Below, piece after piece: positions 1-8,103 of a DNA stretch of 26,494 nucleotides. Both the position numbers and the translations under genes were made by a program. The notes under the pieces are model-generated. The model made no database searches and was not told the origin of the DNA. It saw nothing but the letters and a program-made list of their open reading frames with translations. Source of the stretch: Candidatus Latescibacterota bacterium (GTDB taxonomy: Bacteria > Latescibacterota > UBA2968 > UBA8231). The stretch's first letter is position 1, and each line of letters begins with the position of its first letter. The stretch is from contig CBDBIJ010000072.1 in NCBI GenBank assembly GCA_965205655.1, positions 1 through 26,494 of the forward strand, in the 5' to 3' direction.

Positions 1-2067
1 GAAGTAGCGGACCTGCCAGTGAGCGGGTTGCAAGTACTCGCCGTAGAGTCGATTCACCGCCGCTATTCCCTGCCGCTCCATTCGGTACTTCACCGCATTG
101 CGATCGACCCGGAAATTCCCAGAGATGACGGTTCGGAACGAATCGGTCTCGACGCTCTGTGCGTCCAGGTGTGCGGTGGCAAGGCGCTCCGCCGCTTTCG
201 GAGTGACGGCGAGGTCGACGAAGTCGAGAGGCTTTTCCACGTCCACGAGAAAAACAGCACACGACGCGAATACGATGCCGGCCGCAGTGAGGAGGCGTTT
301 GAGCGGGAGCGGGGTGTAGGAGATTTCCGCATCGCTGGGGTCGGACAGCTGCGCTTCCGGAGTGAGGTTGCGGCGCGGCTTTGCCTTCGGCGCTATCAAT
401 GGCGGCGTGTCCTCGGCATTCAGCAGGGATGTGGCGTCGATGAAGAAGCGATGCCGGACGTAGAGGATGACGGCGGCCAGCAGCGGCAGGAGCATGATAC
501 CCACCGACAGCGCTGCCGACACCACGAAGTAGCGGTTCGTCGATCGCAACAGGATGAGGGCCGTGTAGAGCGCGTCGAGGGTGAAGTGCCACACGAGCAC
601 CGGGAGCAGACCCCAGCGAATCATGACGACGCCGAGGAGGATTCCGATCAGGCCGACCTCGATGCCGCGGATGTAGAAGGGCTGCTGGGGGTAGCCGGCG
701 TGGGCGAACCCCCAAATGACGGCGGGGATGAGTACGGCGAGCCATCGTCTCTTCAGGAATCGCTGCAGGAAGGGGATGGAGAACGCTCTCGACGTGAATT
801 CTTCGGAGACGGCGGGCATGAACCCGATGAGGAGGACGACGACCCAGGGGATGTGGGTGTTCACCATCTCGCTGTAGGGAATGTCCGCCGGACTCCAGGC
901 ACCAAGTTTGTCGGCGACCAGATAGAACACGCTCTGGTAGGCGACGCTGACGGCGGTGAGCGTGAGGCCGAGGATGGTGCCGATGAGGAAGCGCTTCGTG
1001 CGGATGCCGTCGGGCAGGAATTGCTCGGTGAGGCTGATGTGCTCGCGAAAGCCGCGCCGGTAAACGGGCTCTGCGCCAGCGGTGAGCACGGCGATGCCGA
1101 TGCCGCTGGAGAGCGCGATCAGCAGACCGAAAAGCAGCTGCTGCGTAAGAAAACTTCCAAATGTCTGCGTCGTGTCGAAGCCGTACTCGGTGACCGGCAG
1201 CATGTTGAGCTGCGCCAGAAAGGTGAGGACGAAGGCGATGGCTCCGAACACGATGACCGTCTTCCAGCGCACGTCCTGGGCGCGAATGCTCATGACGAGG
1301 ACGACGATCATGGCGATAAAGGTGAGCATCATGAAGGCGCTCGCCACGCTTCCAGCAGTATTGTTCTGGGCTCGAAGTTCCTGGTACTCTCGTTTCCAGA
1401 CCTCCGGAATTTTCAGGAATTCGCCATAGCTGCCGACCAGATCACCCTGAATGCCGACGCGTAGACGGTATGTTGCCTCCTCAACCTCGAAATCGACGAG
1501 CTTCCAGGTGAAGGAGTGGTCGGTGCGGTTGGGGCGCTCGGTCGTTTCGGCTTCGACGAACACGAGTTCGCCCAGCCGTCGTTCCATGGTGTGGCTGAGG
1601 AACTGCTCGGCGAAGTAGCGAGCCTCCACCTGGCTCAAGTGCGCCCCTTCCTTCTCTTCCTCGATTTCATGGGTAAAGCCGACTAGATCGCCGGCCGTGG
1701 TGTACTCGACGCGAAACTCTTCCTTTTGCCTCTCCTTCACCCAGCGATTGCTCCAGCGCCACAGCCTCACCGGGTTGTCGATGACGGCCATCGTTCCGTC
1801 GAGCCCGAGCTCCCGTTCGAGAAAGGTCTTGGCGACGCGGTCATAGGTGAAAATGGCGCTGTGGCGATACCCCTCGATCTCGAGGCCGCGGTGCTGGAGA
1901 AAAGCGCCGGCGCGCTCGCGGGCGTCGTCGCGGGTGATCTTGAAATCGATGGTCGCTTCGGGAAAGGCCCGATAGAAGTAGTGACTGCCGACGAGCAGGG
2001 CGATGAGCGCGAGAATGCCGCAGCCGGCGATGAAGCGCACGTCGGATCGATTGAGACGTTGTTCCAT
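1..2067 (-). CDS. Large CPBP-family (CAAX/Abi) intramembrane glutamic protease with duplicated extracytoplasmic module; 3' end truncated by the window edge
   Basis: Missing from the ORF track because it has no stop in the window. Translated manually in segments from ATG 2067: MEQRLNRSDVRFIAGCGILALIALLVG... Contains the CPBP motifs PAVSEEFTSR (EExxxR), IWGFAH and VWHFTLD among many hydrophobic segments. The + ORFs 19..1464 and 1726..2085 are its antisense shadow. Confidence 0.88.
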   Translation of the reverse strand, partial: MEQRLNRSDVRFIAGCGILALIALLVGSHYFYRAFPEATIDFKITRDDARERAGAFLQHRGLEIEGYRHSAIFTYDRVAKTFLERELGLDGTMAVIDNPVRLWRWSNRWVKERQKEEFRVEYTTAGDLVGFTHEIEEEKEGAHLSQVEARYFAEQFLSHTMERRLGELVFVEAETTERPNRTDHSFTWKLVDFEVEEATYRLRVGIQGDLVGSYGEFLKIPEVWKREYQELRAQNNTAGSVASAFMMLTFIAMIVVLVMSIRAQDVRWKTVIVFGAIAFVLTFLAQLNMLPVTEYGFDTTQTFGSFLTQQLLFGLLIALSSGIGIAVLTAGAEPVYRRGFREHISLTEQFLPDGIRTKRFLIGTILGLTLTAVSVAYQSVFYLVADKLGAWSPADIPYSEMVNTHIPWVVVLLIGFMPAVSEEFTSRAFSIPFLQRFLKRRWLAVLIPAVIWGFAHAGYPQQPFYIRGIEVGLIGILLGVVMIRWGLLPVLVWHFTLDALYTALILLRSTNRYFVVSAALSVGIMLLPLLAAVILYVRHRFFIDATSLLNAEDTPPLIAPKAKPRRNLTPEAQLSDPSDAEISYTPLPLKRLLTAAGIVFASCAVFLVDVEKPLDFVDLAVTPKAAERLATAHLDAQSVETDSFRTVISGNFRVDRNAVKYRMERQGIAAVNRLYGEYLQPAHWQVRYF

Positions 2068-2099
2068 CAACTCCGGCTAGGCTGAAAGAGGGCCGCGTT

Positions 2100-2128
2100 T
2101 TGAAGGCCGTGTGCGGATAACGTAACTT
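2100..2128 (+). promoter_or_regulatory. Putative sigma70-type promoter for the DUF72 gene
   Basis: TTGAAG (2100-2105), 17-nt spacer, TAACTT (2123-2128) in the divergent intergenic region; AGGAGG RBS at 2172-2177 before ATG 2187. Confidence 0.45.
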
Positions 2129-2186
2129 TGGCGCCGCGGAAATGTGCGGAGCAACCCATACCCGGTCAAGCAGGAGGCGGTGAAGA

Positions 2187-2909
2187 ATGGAGCTGTACGT
2201 CGGCACGAGCGGGTACAACTACAAAGAGTGGAAGGGACACTTCTACCCCGAGAAGTTTCCCGACAAGGAGATGCTCAATTTCTACGGTGGGCACTTCGGC
2301 AGCGTCGAAATCAACAACACCTTCTATCGCGTACCAAAGCCGGATGTTGTGAAGTCGTGGGCCGACAAAGTGCCGCCTGAGTTCCGTTTCGTGTTGAAGG
2401 CGACGCGGCGCATCACGCATCTGAAGCGGCTGAAGAATGTAGAAGAGGAGACCTCCTACTTTCTCGAGATCGCAGCCAACCTGAAGGACCGACTCGGGGC
2501 GATTCTGTTTCAATTGCCACCGAATCTGAAAAAGGACATGGAGCGTCTGCAGGCCTTCGTGGACCTGCTGCCGGCGACGACCTCGGCGGCCATGGAGTTT
2601 CGCAACGACAGCTGGTTCGATGAAGAAGTTGTCGATTGCCTCCGCTCAAAGGGGATCGCTCTCTGCTTTGCGCACGAGGACGAAGATACGTCGGAGAAGG
2701 TGGAGCGCCGCTTCCGCAGCACCGCCGACTGGGGCTACCTGCGGCTGCGGGGAAGCGATTACGACGACGGCGAGCTGTCCAGGTGGGCCGACGAGGTCTG
2801 CTCTCAGCAGTGGAAGCAGGCATTCGTGTTTTTCAAGCACGAATCGGAGGGGCTGGGCCCCAAGCTAGCCGACAGGTTCATCGAGGCCGCCGCCACGAAG
2901 CTTCGGTGA
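2187..2909 (+). CDS. DUF72 (YecE-like) TIM-barrel protein
   Basis: Family motifs YVGTSGYNYKEWKGHFYP, VEINNTFY, LFQLPP, MEFR, YLRLRG, FVFFKH; strong RBS. Confidence 0.93.
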   Translation: MELYVGTSGYNYKEWKGHFYPEKFPDKEMLNFYGGHFGSVEINNTFYRVPKPDVVKSWADKVPPEFRFVLKATRRITHLKRLKNVEEETSYFLEIAANLKDRLGAILFQLPPNLKKDMERLQAFVDLLPATTSAAMEFRNDSWFDEEVVDCLRSKGIALCFAHEDEDTSEKVERRFRSTADWGYLRLRGSDYDDGELSRWADEVCSQQWKQAFVFFKHESEGLGPKLADRFIEAAATKLR

Positions 2910-3078
2910 CATTCGCTGCGCCATCGACAGGCACAGACATGGGCAAACACAACTCGGACACACCCAAGCTTCTCGAAGCTGCACCGGAGCAGGTCGTCGC
3001 GAGTATCGAGAGCCTCCTGTGGTGGAGGAAAGGACGATCCGAGTGCGGAGTAGGATACCCCCCCGCCCGGACATTCCC

Positions 3079-3978
3079 TCAGTCGAGCAACAGCGTTATG
3101 TCGAGGGCGGGCGCGGAGTGGGTCAAAGCGCCGATGGAGATGAGGTCGACGCCGGTTTCGGCCACCTCGCGAACGGTGTCGAGGTCGACTCCTCCAGTGG
3201 CCTCAATTTCGATCGCCTCGCCGTCGGCGGTGCGAATAAGCTCGACTGCCTCGCGCATCAGCGGCACGGTCATGTTGTCGAGCAGAATGCGATTGGGACA
3301 TTCGCCTGCACCGAGGCCTGCGAGCTGGCGCACCTCTTCCAGGGTGGTGGCCTCGATCATGATGGCGGTTGCCGAGGTGCCGTTGGTGCCGGTGAGGTGG
3401 CGCGCCTGCGCCATAGCGGCCGCCGCGCCACCTGACAGGGCGATGTGATTCTCCTTGATGAGCACGGCATCGTGGAGTCCGAGCCGATGGCTGACCCCGC
3501 CGCCACAGCGAACCGCGTATTTCTCGAGCAGTCTCATTCCGGGCGTGGTCTTGCGGGTGTCGGTGATGTGGACTCCGGTGCCGGAGACGGCATCGACATA
3601 GTCCCGCGTCAGGGTGGCGATTCCGGACAGATGCTGTAGGAAATTGAGGGCCGTGCGCTCTCCGGTGAGAATGGGCCTGGCAGGCCCACACAGACGCACC
3701 ATTTCTTGGCCGCCAGCCACTGCATCGCCGTCCCGCCGCACCGCATCAAACTCGACCGCGCCGTCGAGTCGGTGAAAAACGGCACCGGCGACGGCGACGC
3801 CGGCCACGACCCCGTTCTGTCTGCTCAAGATCGCGGCTGTCACCGACGTGGCATCGTCGATGAGGCAGCTCGTCGTCAGGTCGGCGGCCGGGCTCAGTAC
3901 CTCGCTCGAGAGATCCTCCCGCAGCGCCAGCTCGACGGCGGCATCGATGCAATCGGCCGGCGGCCGACCTGTGCTCAC
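3079..3978 (-). CDS. nadC: Quinolinate phosphoribosyltransferase (nicotinate-nucleotide pyrophosphorylase)
   Basis: Motifs ERTALNFLQHLSGIAT, DTRKTTPG, HRLGLHDAVLIKENH, LLDNM, EATGG, SIGALTHSA. Start placed at GTG 3978, which overlaps the upstream TGA (GTGA coupling), rather than 4038. Confidence 0.96.
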   Translation of the reverse strand: MSTGRPPADCIDAAVELALREDLSSEVLSPAADLTTSCLIDDATSVTAAILSRQNGVVAGVAVAGAVFHRLDGAVEFDAVRRDGDAVAGGQEMVRLCGPARPILTGERTALNFLQHLSGIATLTRDYVDAVSGTGVHITDTRKTTPGMRLLEKYAVRCGGGVSHRLGLHDAVLIKENHIALSGGAAAAMAQARHLTGTNGTSATAIMIEATTLEEVRQLAGLGAGECPNRILLDNMTVPLMREAVELIRTADGEAIEIEATGGVDLDTVREVAETGVDLISIGALTHSAPALDITLLLD

Positions 3979-4271
3979 CTCTGTCCCTGCACTTTCTTCT
4001 GCTGCCGCAGGAACGCCTCCTCGAGGTCCAACAAACACTTTCTCTGCGCCTCGAGGGCGACGCGCTCGTCATTGAGCAGGCCGGAGTCGAACTTGATGCT
4101 CTCAAGCTCCTGCCGGATCGAGGCGAGGCGCTCATCGAGACCGTCTATCGCTCCGTTGAGCCCGTGGATCTCGTCCCTGATTTCGTTGCCGCGCACCAGG
4201 TGGTTGAACAGGGTGAGAACGGCCATGCTTGCGAAGGCGATGATGACGATGGCGTAGAAGGCGTCAGTCAT
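3975..4271 (-). CDS. Small membrane protein, N-terminal TM helix plus coiled coil (hypothetical, 98 aa)
   Basis: Hydrophobic AFYAIVIIAFASMAVLTLF followed by heptad-like IHGLNGAIDGLDERLASIRQELESIK...; 4-nt overlaps with both neighbours. Confidence 0.8.
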   Translation of the reverse strand: MTDAFYAIVIIAFASMAVLTLFNHLVRGNEIRDEIHGLNGAIDGLDERLASIRQELESIKFDSGLLNDERVALEAQRKCLLDLEEAFLRQQKKVQGQR

Positions 4272-5281
4272 GAGGGTGACTCCACTTCCTTGCGGTCTGG
4301 CTTCTGGTCGCGATCAGGAGGATCGTCAGCTCCATCGGCGCGATTTTTCGGATCCTTCGGATCGCCATCGTCGTCTCCGTCCTTATCGGCACCTCCGTCA
4401 CCGGCCGGCTGGCCTGCTTCGTCCTCCGCATCCTTTTCCGATATCTGCCATTTGAAGACGTAGAGTTTCTCAGCTTTGCTGAACAGCTCCAGTCGTTCGT
4501 CCTTGCCAACACTTTCGTACGCAGCCCGATTGAAGAGCAGGGTGCCGTCGGGGGCGCTGCCGGCCAGCTGCATCGCCCGCTCCAGCGCCCCCGCGAAGAG
4601 CTTGCTCACGGTCTCTTCCTGGAACTGATCCTCATTCACGCCAGCCAGCACAACGCCTCTGAGCCTGCCCGCGACGTTCCCGGCGGTTTTCTGAATGAAG
4701 TCGCACGTCAGTTCCAGGGCGGCTGAGGGATCGTCGAGTGTGCAGACGACGGCTTTCGTTTCCTCTCCAGAGCCGGCGTCGACGACAGAGTGACGGGCGT
4801 TGGGGATATCGGCCGCTTCGAGAGCCCGAATGAAGTCGCTTTCGATCTGGTCCACGTCGGCGTCGCCCGCGCCGGGACGAAACTGAAAGACGGCGACCGA
4901 CATGGCTCCGAGGGTGGCGCTGATTCTTTCCGACAGCTCCAGCTCGTGGAATATCTTGACCCCTCTGGGCTCCGGCACGGGATTTCGATTGATGCAGGCG
5001 CGGAGCTCCGAGAGCTGCGTGGTCGGCAGCTCCATCAGCAAGCGGTCATAGGTTTCCTGCTTGAACCGGCGGGCTATGTTGAGCTTCTGCTCGATCGCTC
5101 CCATGCGTGAGCTCGCCACCTGAAGCTTGCCCTCGAGGGAGGTGACTCGACCACGCGTCCTCTGCACCTCCAGGTTGAGTTGCGAGCGCTTTCCCAGCAG
5201 GCGCCGCATATGCACTGCTGACAGGAACTTGATCAGCGCGTAGCTGACGGCGACGATGACGGCGAACATGCCCAGCCACAT
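4268..5281 (-). CDS. Membrane-anchored coiled-coil protein with a degenerate class III nucleotidyl-cyclase-like domain and acidic tail
   Basis: N-terminal TM helix, coiled coil, then a region resembling cyclase motifs (LDDPSAALE, RLRGVVLAG, ALERAMQLAGSAPDGTLLFNRAAYESV). CDS is solid; the domain call is inference. Confidence 0.7.
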   Translation of the reverse strand: MWLGMFAVIVAVSYALIKFLSAVHMRRLLGKRSQLNLEVQRTRGRVTSLEGKLQVASSRMGAIEQKLNIARRFKQETYDRLLMELPTTQLSELRACINRNPVPEPRGVKIFHELELSERISATLGAMSVAVFQFRPGAGDADVDQIESDFIRALEAADIPNARHSVVDAGSGEETKAVVCTLDDPSAALELTCDFIQKTAGNVAGRLRGVVLAGVNEDQFQEETVSKLFAGALERAMQLAGSAPDGTLLFNRAAYESVGKDERLELFSKAEKLYVFKWQISEKDAEDEAGQPAGDGGADKDGDDDGDPKDPKNRADGADDPPDRDQKPDRKEVESPS

Positions 5282-5293
5282 GATGAACCCCTG

Positions 5294-7762
5294 CTACTTC
5301 TGCGAGACAGCTCGCGGCTGCCAGGGTTCGGGGATATGATCCACGACATCAGTTGCACGGAACTCGTCGAGCAGGCCGAATCGATCGAGGAGAGGCATGA
5401 AATCCAGCAGGTCCGCCAGCGCGCTGGGAGGAGTTTCGGCAGTATCGATGAGCCAGCGGAAGAGACGGTAGCCGGCGTCCAGCGCTTCGCGATCAGCCGT
5501 CTCGCCATAAACGAAGGCGAGCGGTCCAAGCAACACCGCACTCTCTGAATCGGGAACGTCTCCCAAAGGACTCTCGTCGCGGCGAAAAATCCCTTCGGCC
5601 GTGCGGCCGCAGCGGACGAGAAAGACGAGTCCGTCGATGAGCATGTGGCGGGCGCGCTCGTCACCGGTGGCCGTGTGGTAGAGCTGCAGGCCGCGCAGCA
5701 CAGAAGCGGTCATGGCCGGGGCGCATCCCCTGTTGTGAGAGCCGATCTGGTCGCGCCAACGGCCGTCGTCGTCCTGCCAGATCTCGAGCATGTCGACGAG
5801 CGCCTCCATTGACCGCAGAAAGCGCTCGTGGGGAAAGGCATCATGGAATATCCCCATGCCTGTGAGCGGCACGCCGACGTCCATAGTGCGGAAAGACCAC
5901 TCGACCTGTTCGGGGTGGAGGGCTTTCGCCACTGCATCACTGGTGAGGGATTGTCTCCAATCGTAGGGTGCCGCGGTGCGGCAGAAGTCGGCGCATTGCT
6001 CGGCGATTTCACGGGCCCGCTCGTAGCCAGTGAGGAAGTAGTACTCCACAAGTCCAGCGAGCGAGATCCTGTCAGGGCGCGGGCCGCTCAGTTCAACCTG
6101 GTCGGCGTCGGTGTAGTGGTGGTTGACTGAGTGGCGCACGTGCTGACCGCCGACCCAGTCGGCGTGCTGAGAGCTGAAATGGATCGTATCCACATCCATG
6201 AGATGCATGGCTGCGGCCTCGCCTGCCAAGAACAGTGTTTGGTCTCCGGTTCGCAGGAACTGCCGCAGCAGGCAGCGAGGCAGATCGCCGGCGAGGTTTT
6301 CGGTCACTCCCGTGCCGATCTCCTCGTCGCTGCCCACAATTTCGACCTCGTCTCCATCGTTGAGCACGCCCCGCCCGTTCGGAGGGCGGCAGAGTTTTCT
6401 GAGCTTCACTTCGAGGGGCCAACGCTCCGGCTCGAACGGCTGGACCGGTCCGAGGGCACCGGTGCCGGCGTAGTGCGCGGCGGGCAGGGTGAGCAACAGG
6501 GGCTGCTCGAAGGCGAGGGCGAGACGGTCGACCTCCCCGGCGCTGGCGCACGGCTGTCCGAAATGGAAGTAGAGCTCGTGTGTCCTTGCCATACCCTGCG
6601 GAATCTGCAGGGGCCCGTGGAAAGCGATGTCGCGCGGGGGTGCCTCCCCTTCGGGAGAGGCGAGGTACTCTCTACCCGGGCTGCGCCACGCGAGCATGTC
6701 GGGGTAGAGGTCGAGTCTCACCTGGGAGCCGTCAGTGCGAAGGGCCTTGGGATAACTCTGCTGCGATCGCCGCAGCTTGAGCGTCACGCCGGCCTCTTCA
6801 TCGGCGAGGTGGAGCCAGCCGTGGCCGTCGCCGCGGTATTCGGTACAGCGTTCGTGCCCGGCGTCAACGGCAGAGTCGATGCCGCCCTCGGATTCATAGA
6901 TCGCACAGCGACCCGCAGCTGTCTGCACTAAAGCGACAGATCCGGCCACAGGGTCGAACTCGTGACTGCGCCGCCGCGCGTTCGAAGCGGCTCCGCCGGA
7001 GACCGATGACGGCGAGGAGGTGGAGAAAAAAGCTCGCGTCGACTGGCGCAGACTCAGATTCAGCGAGAGGCTCAATCGCCGCAGATGCACCATTCTGCTG
7101 GGCTGATCGTGAACGACGGTGTAGTAGACTTTGAAGAAACTGTGGTTGGCAAAGAAGTAGAGCCGCGCAATCCAGCTCAGCAGTCGGGCGCCATCGGGTG
7201 ATGTGAAGCTCCCCGAGGCCCTTATGACGACGCGGAGCGCGCTCTGCTCTTCGATCTGAACATCCTCGAGGGTGCTCTCGTAAAGCGTTCCTTCGCCGTC
7301 CACGGCACAGAGCAGAGGCTCACCCGCCACGCCATCCTCGCTGGCCAGGTACTCCTGTGAGCCCCGGGACACGGATTGAATCAATCGGGTCCCCCGCCGC
7401 GCCAGGCGAACGGCCAGCGATCCCGTGACGACGTCGACGAACTCGTCGCGAATATGGGCGCGAAGGGGAGTCGAGCGCGCGTCGGCGTCGACGAGTGGAT
7501 GTCCGTAGCGAATCGTGTGCGGGGAATCTTCCATTGGCTTCAGGGTCGGCTGCAAATCGACGAGTGCCCACCTCACAGAGCCATCCGGCCACGATGCGCT
7601 CCTCCTGGAGCAGCACGGCACCGAATCGCCCTCCGGGCCGAGCACGGCGATGTGCTCGTGCGAGCGCAGCTCACCCTGGGGAAAAGGGACGCCGACGGTG
7701 ACGGGCCAGTGCTGGCGAGGCACCCCTGACGGTTCGCGGATGTTGGCGGCAATGTCGGGCAT
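5294..7762 (-). CDS. PcRGLX/PL26-like (exo-rhamnogalacturonan lyase-like) protein, about 822 aa, no signal peptide
   Basis: N-terminal WPVTVGVPFPQGEL...WPDGSVRWALVD is typical of this family's N-terminal domain; C-terminal alpha/alpha-toroid motifs FLRTGD, HLMDVD, YYFLTG, YHTATGD. Start ATG 7762 preferred over 7972. Confidence 0.7.
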   Translation of the reverse strand: MPDIAANIREPSGVPRQHWPVTVGVPFPQGELRSHEHIAVLGPEGDSVPCCSRRSASWPDGSVRWALVDLQPTLKPMEDSPHTIRYGHPLVDADARSTPLRAHIRDEFVDVVTGSLAVRLARRGTRLIQSVSRGSQEYLASEDGVAGEPLLCAVDGEGTLYESTLEDVQIEEQSALRVVIRASGSFTSPDGARLLSWIARLYFFANHSFFKVYYTVVHDQPSRMVHLRRLSLSLNLSLRQSTRAFFSTSSPSSVSGGAASNARRRSHEFDPVAGSVALVQTAAGRCAIYESEGGIDSAVDAGHERCTEYRGDGHGWLHLADEEAGVTLKLRRSQQSYPKALRTDGSQVRLDLYPDMLAWRSPGREYLASPEGEAPPRDIAFHGPLQIPQGMARTHELYFHFGQPCASAGEVDRLALAFEQPLLLTLPAAHYAGTGALGPVQPFEPERWPLEVKLRKLCRPPNGRGVLNDGDEVEIVGSDEEIGTGVTENLAGDLPRCLLRQFLRTGDQTLFLAGEAAAMHLMDVDTIHFSSQHADWVGGQHVRHSVNHHYTDADQVELSGPRPDRISLAGLVEYYFLTGYERAREIAEQCADFCRTAAPYDWRQSLTSDAVAKALHPEQVEWSFRTMDVGVPLTGMGIFHDAFPHERFLRSMEALVDMLEIWQDDDGRWRDQIGSHNRGCAPAMTASVLRGLQLYHTATGDERARHMLIDGLVFLVRCGRTAEGIFRRDESPLGDVPDSESAVLLGPLAFVYGETADREALDAGYRLFRWLIDTAETPPSALADLLDFMPLLDRFGLLDEFRATDVVDHIPEPWQPRAVSQK

Positions 7763-8103
7763 GGATAGAGGCTGTCGCTGAATTGGAGGAAGCGGGTCGA
7801 TGGAGGTCGGCGTTGCCAGCCCCGTGGGACCCGGGAGCCATGACCGCGGGTTCCTGCGAGATACGGTTTGTCGGTTGTCGAGAGGGGGAGTAAAACCCGG
7901 CTCCGGCCGGGCGCGAAAATCGGGGAGAGCTGATTCCACCTGCCAAGATACTAAAAATATCGGCGTCGGCAACGGTTGAGCGTGTGACCGGCGACACGGC
8001 GAACCGTCGCCAGAATGTAAGTCCTTAATAACTCTTTCAGCTATAGCATCACAAACTTGCGACAGATCGAGCGATGAGGTAGCCTACAGTCGGGAACAAC
8101 AGC
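7763..8103. promoter_or_regulatory. Divergent intergenic region with AT-rich patch and small hairpin
   Basis: AT-rich 8013-8058 in a GC-rich background; bulged hairpin GGCG(AC)ACGG-CGAA-CCGTCGCC at 7990-8011. No confident hexamers. Confidence 0.35.

Noticed and set aside
19..1464. 481-aa + strand ORF
   Set aside because: Antisense shadow of the minus-strand CPBP gene; its D/E/H/R-rich composition is what reverse-read hydrophobic codons give.
2910..3078. Possible ncRNA or small ORF between convergent DUF72 and nadC
   Set aside because: Only short hairpins (AGCTT-CTCG-AAGCT; CCTCC-TGTGGT-GGAGG); no recognisable RNA family or self-contained ORF.
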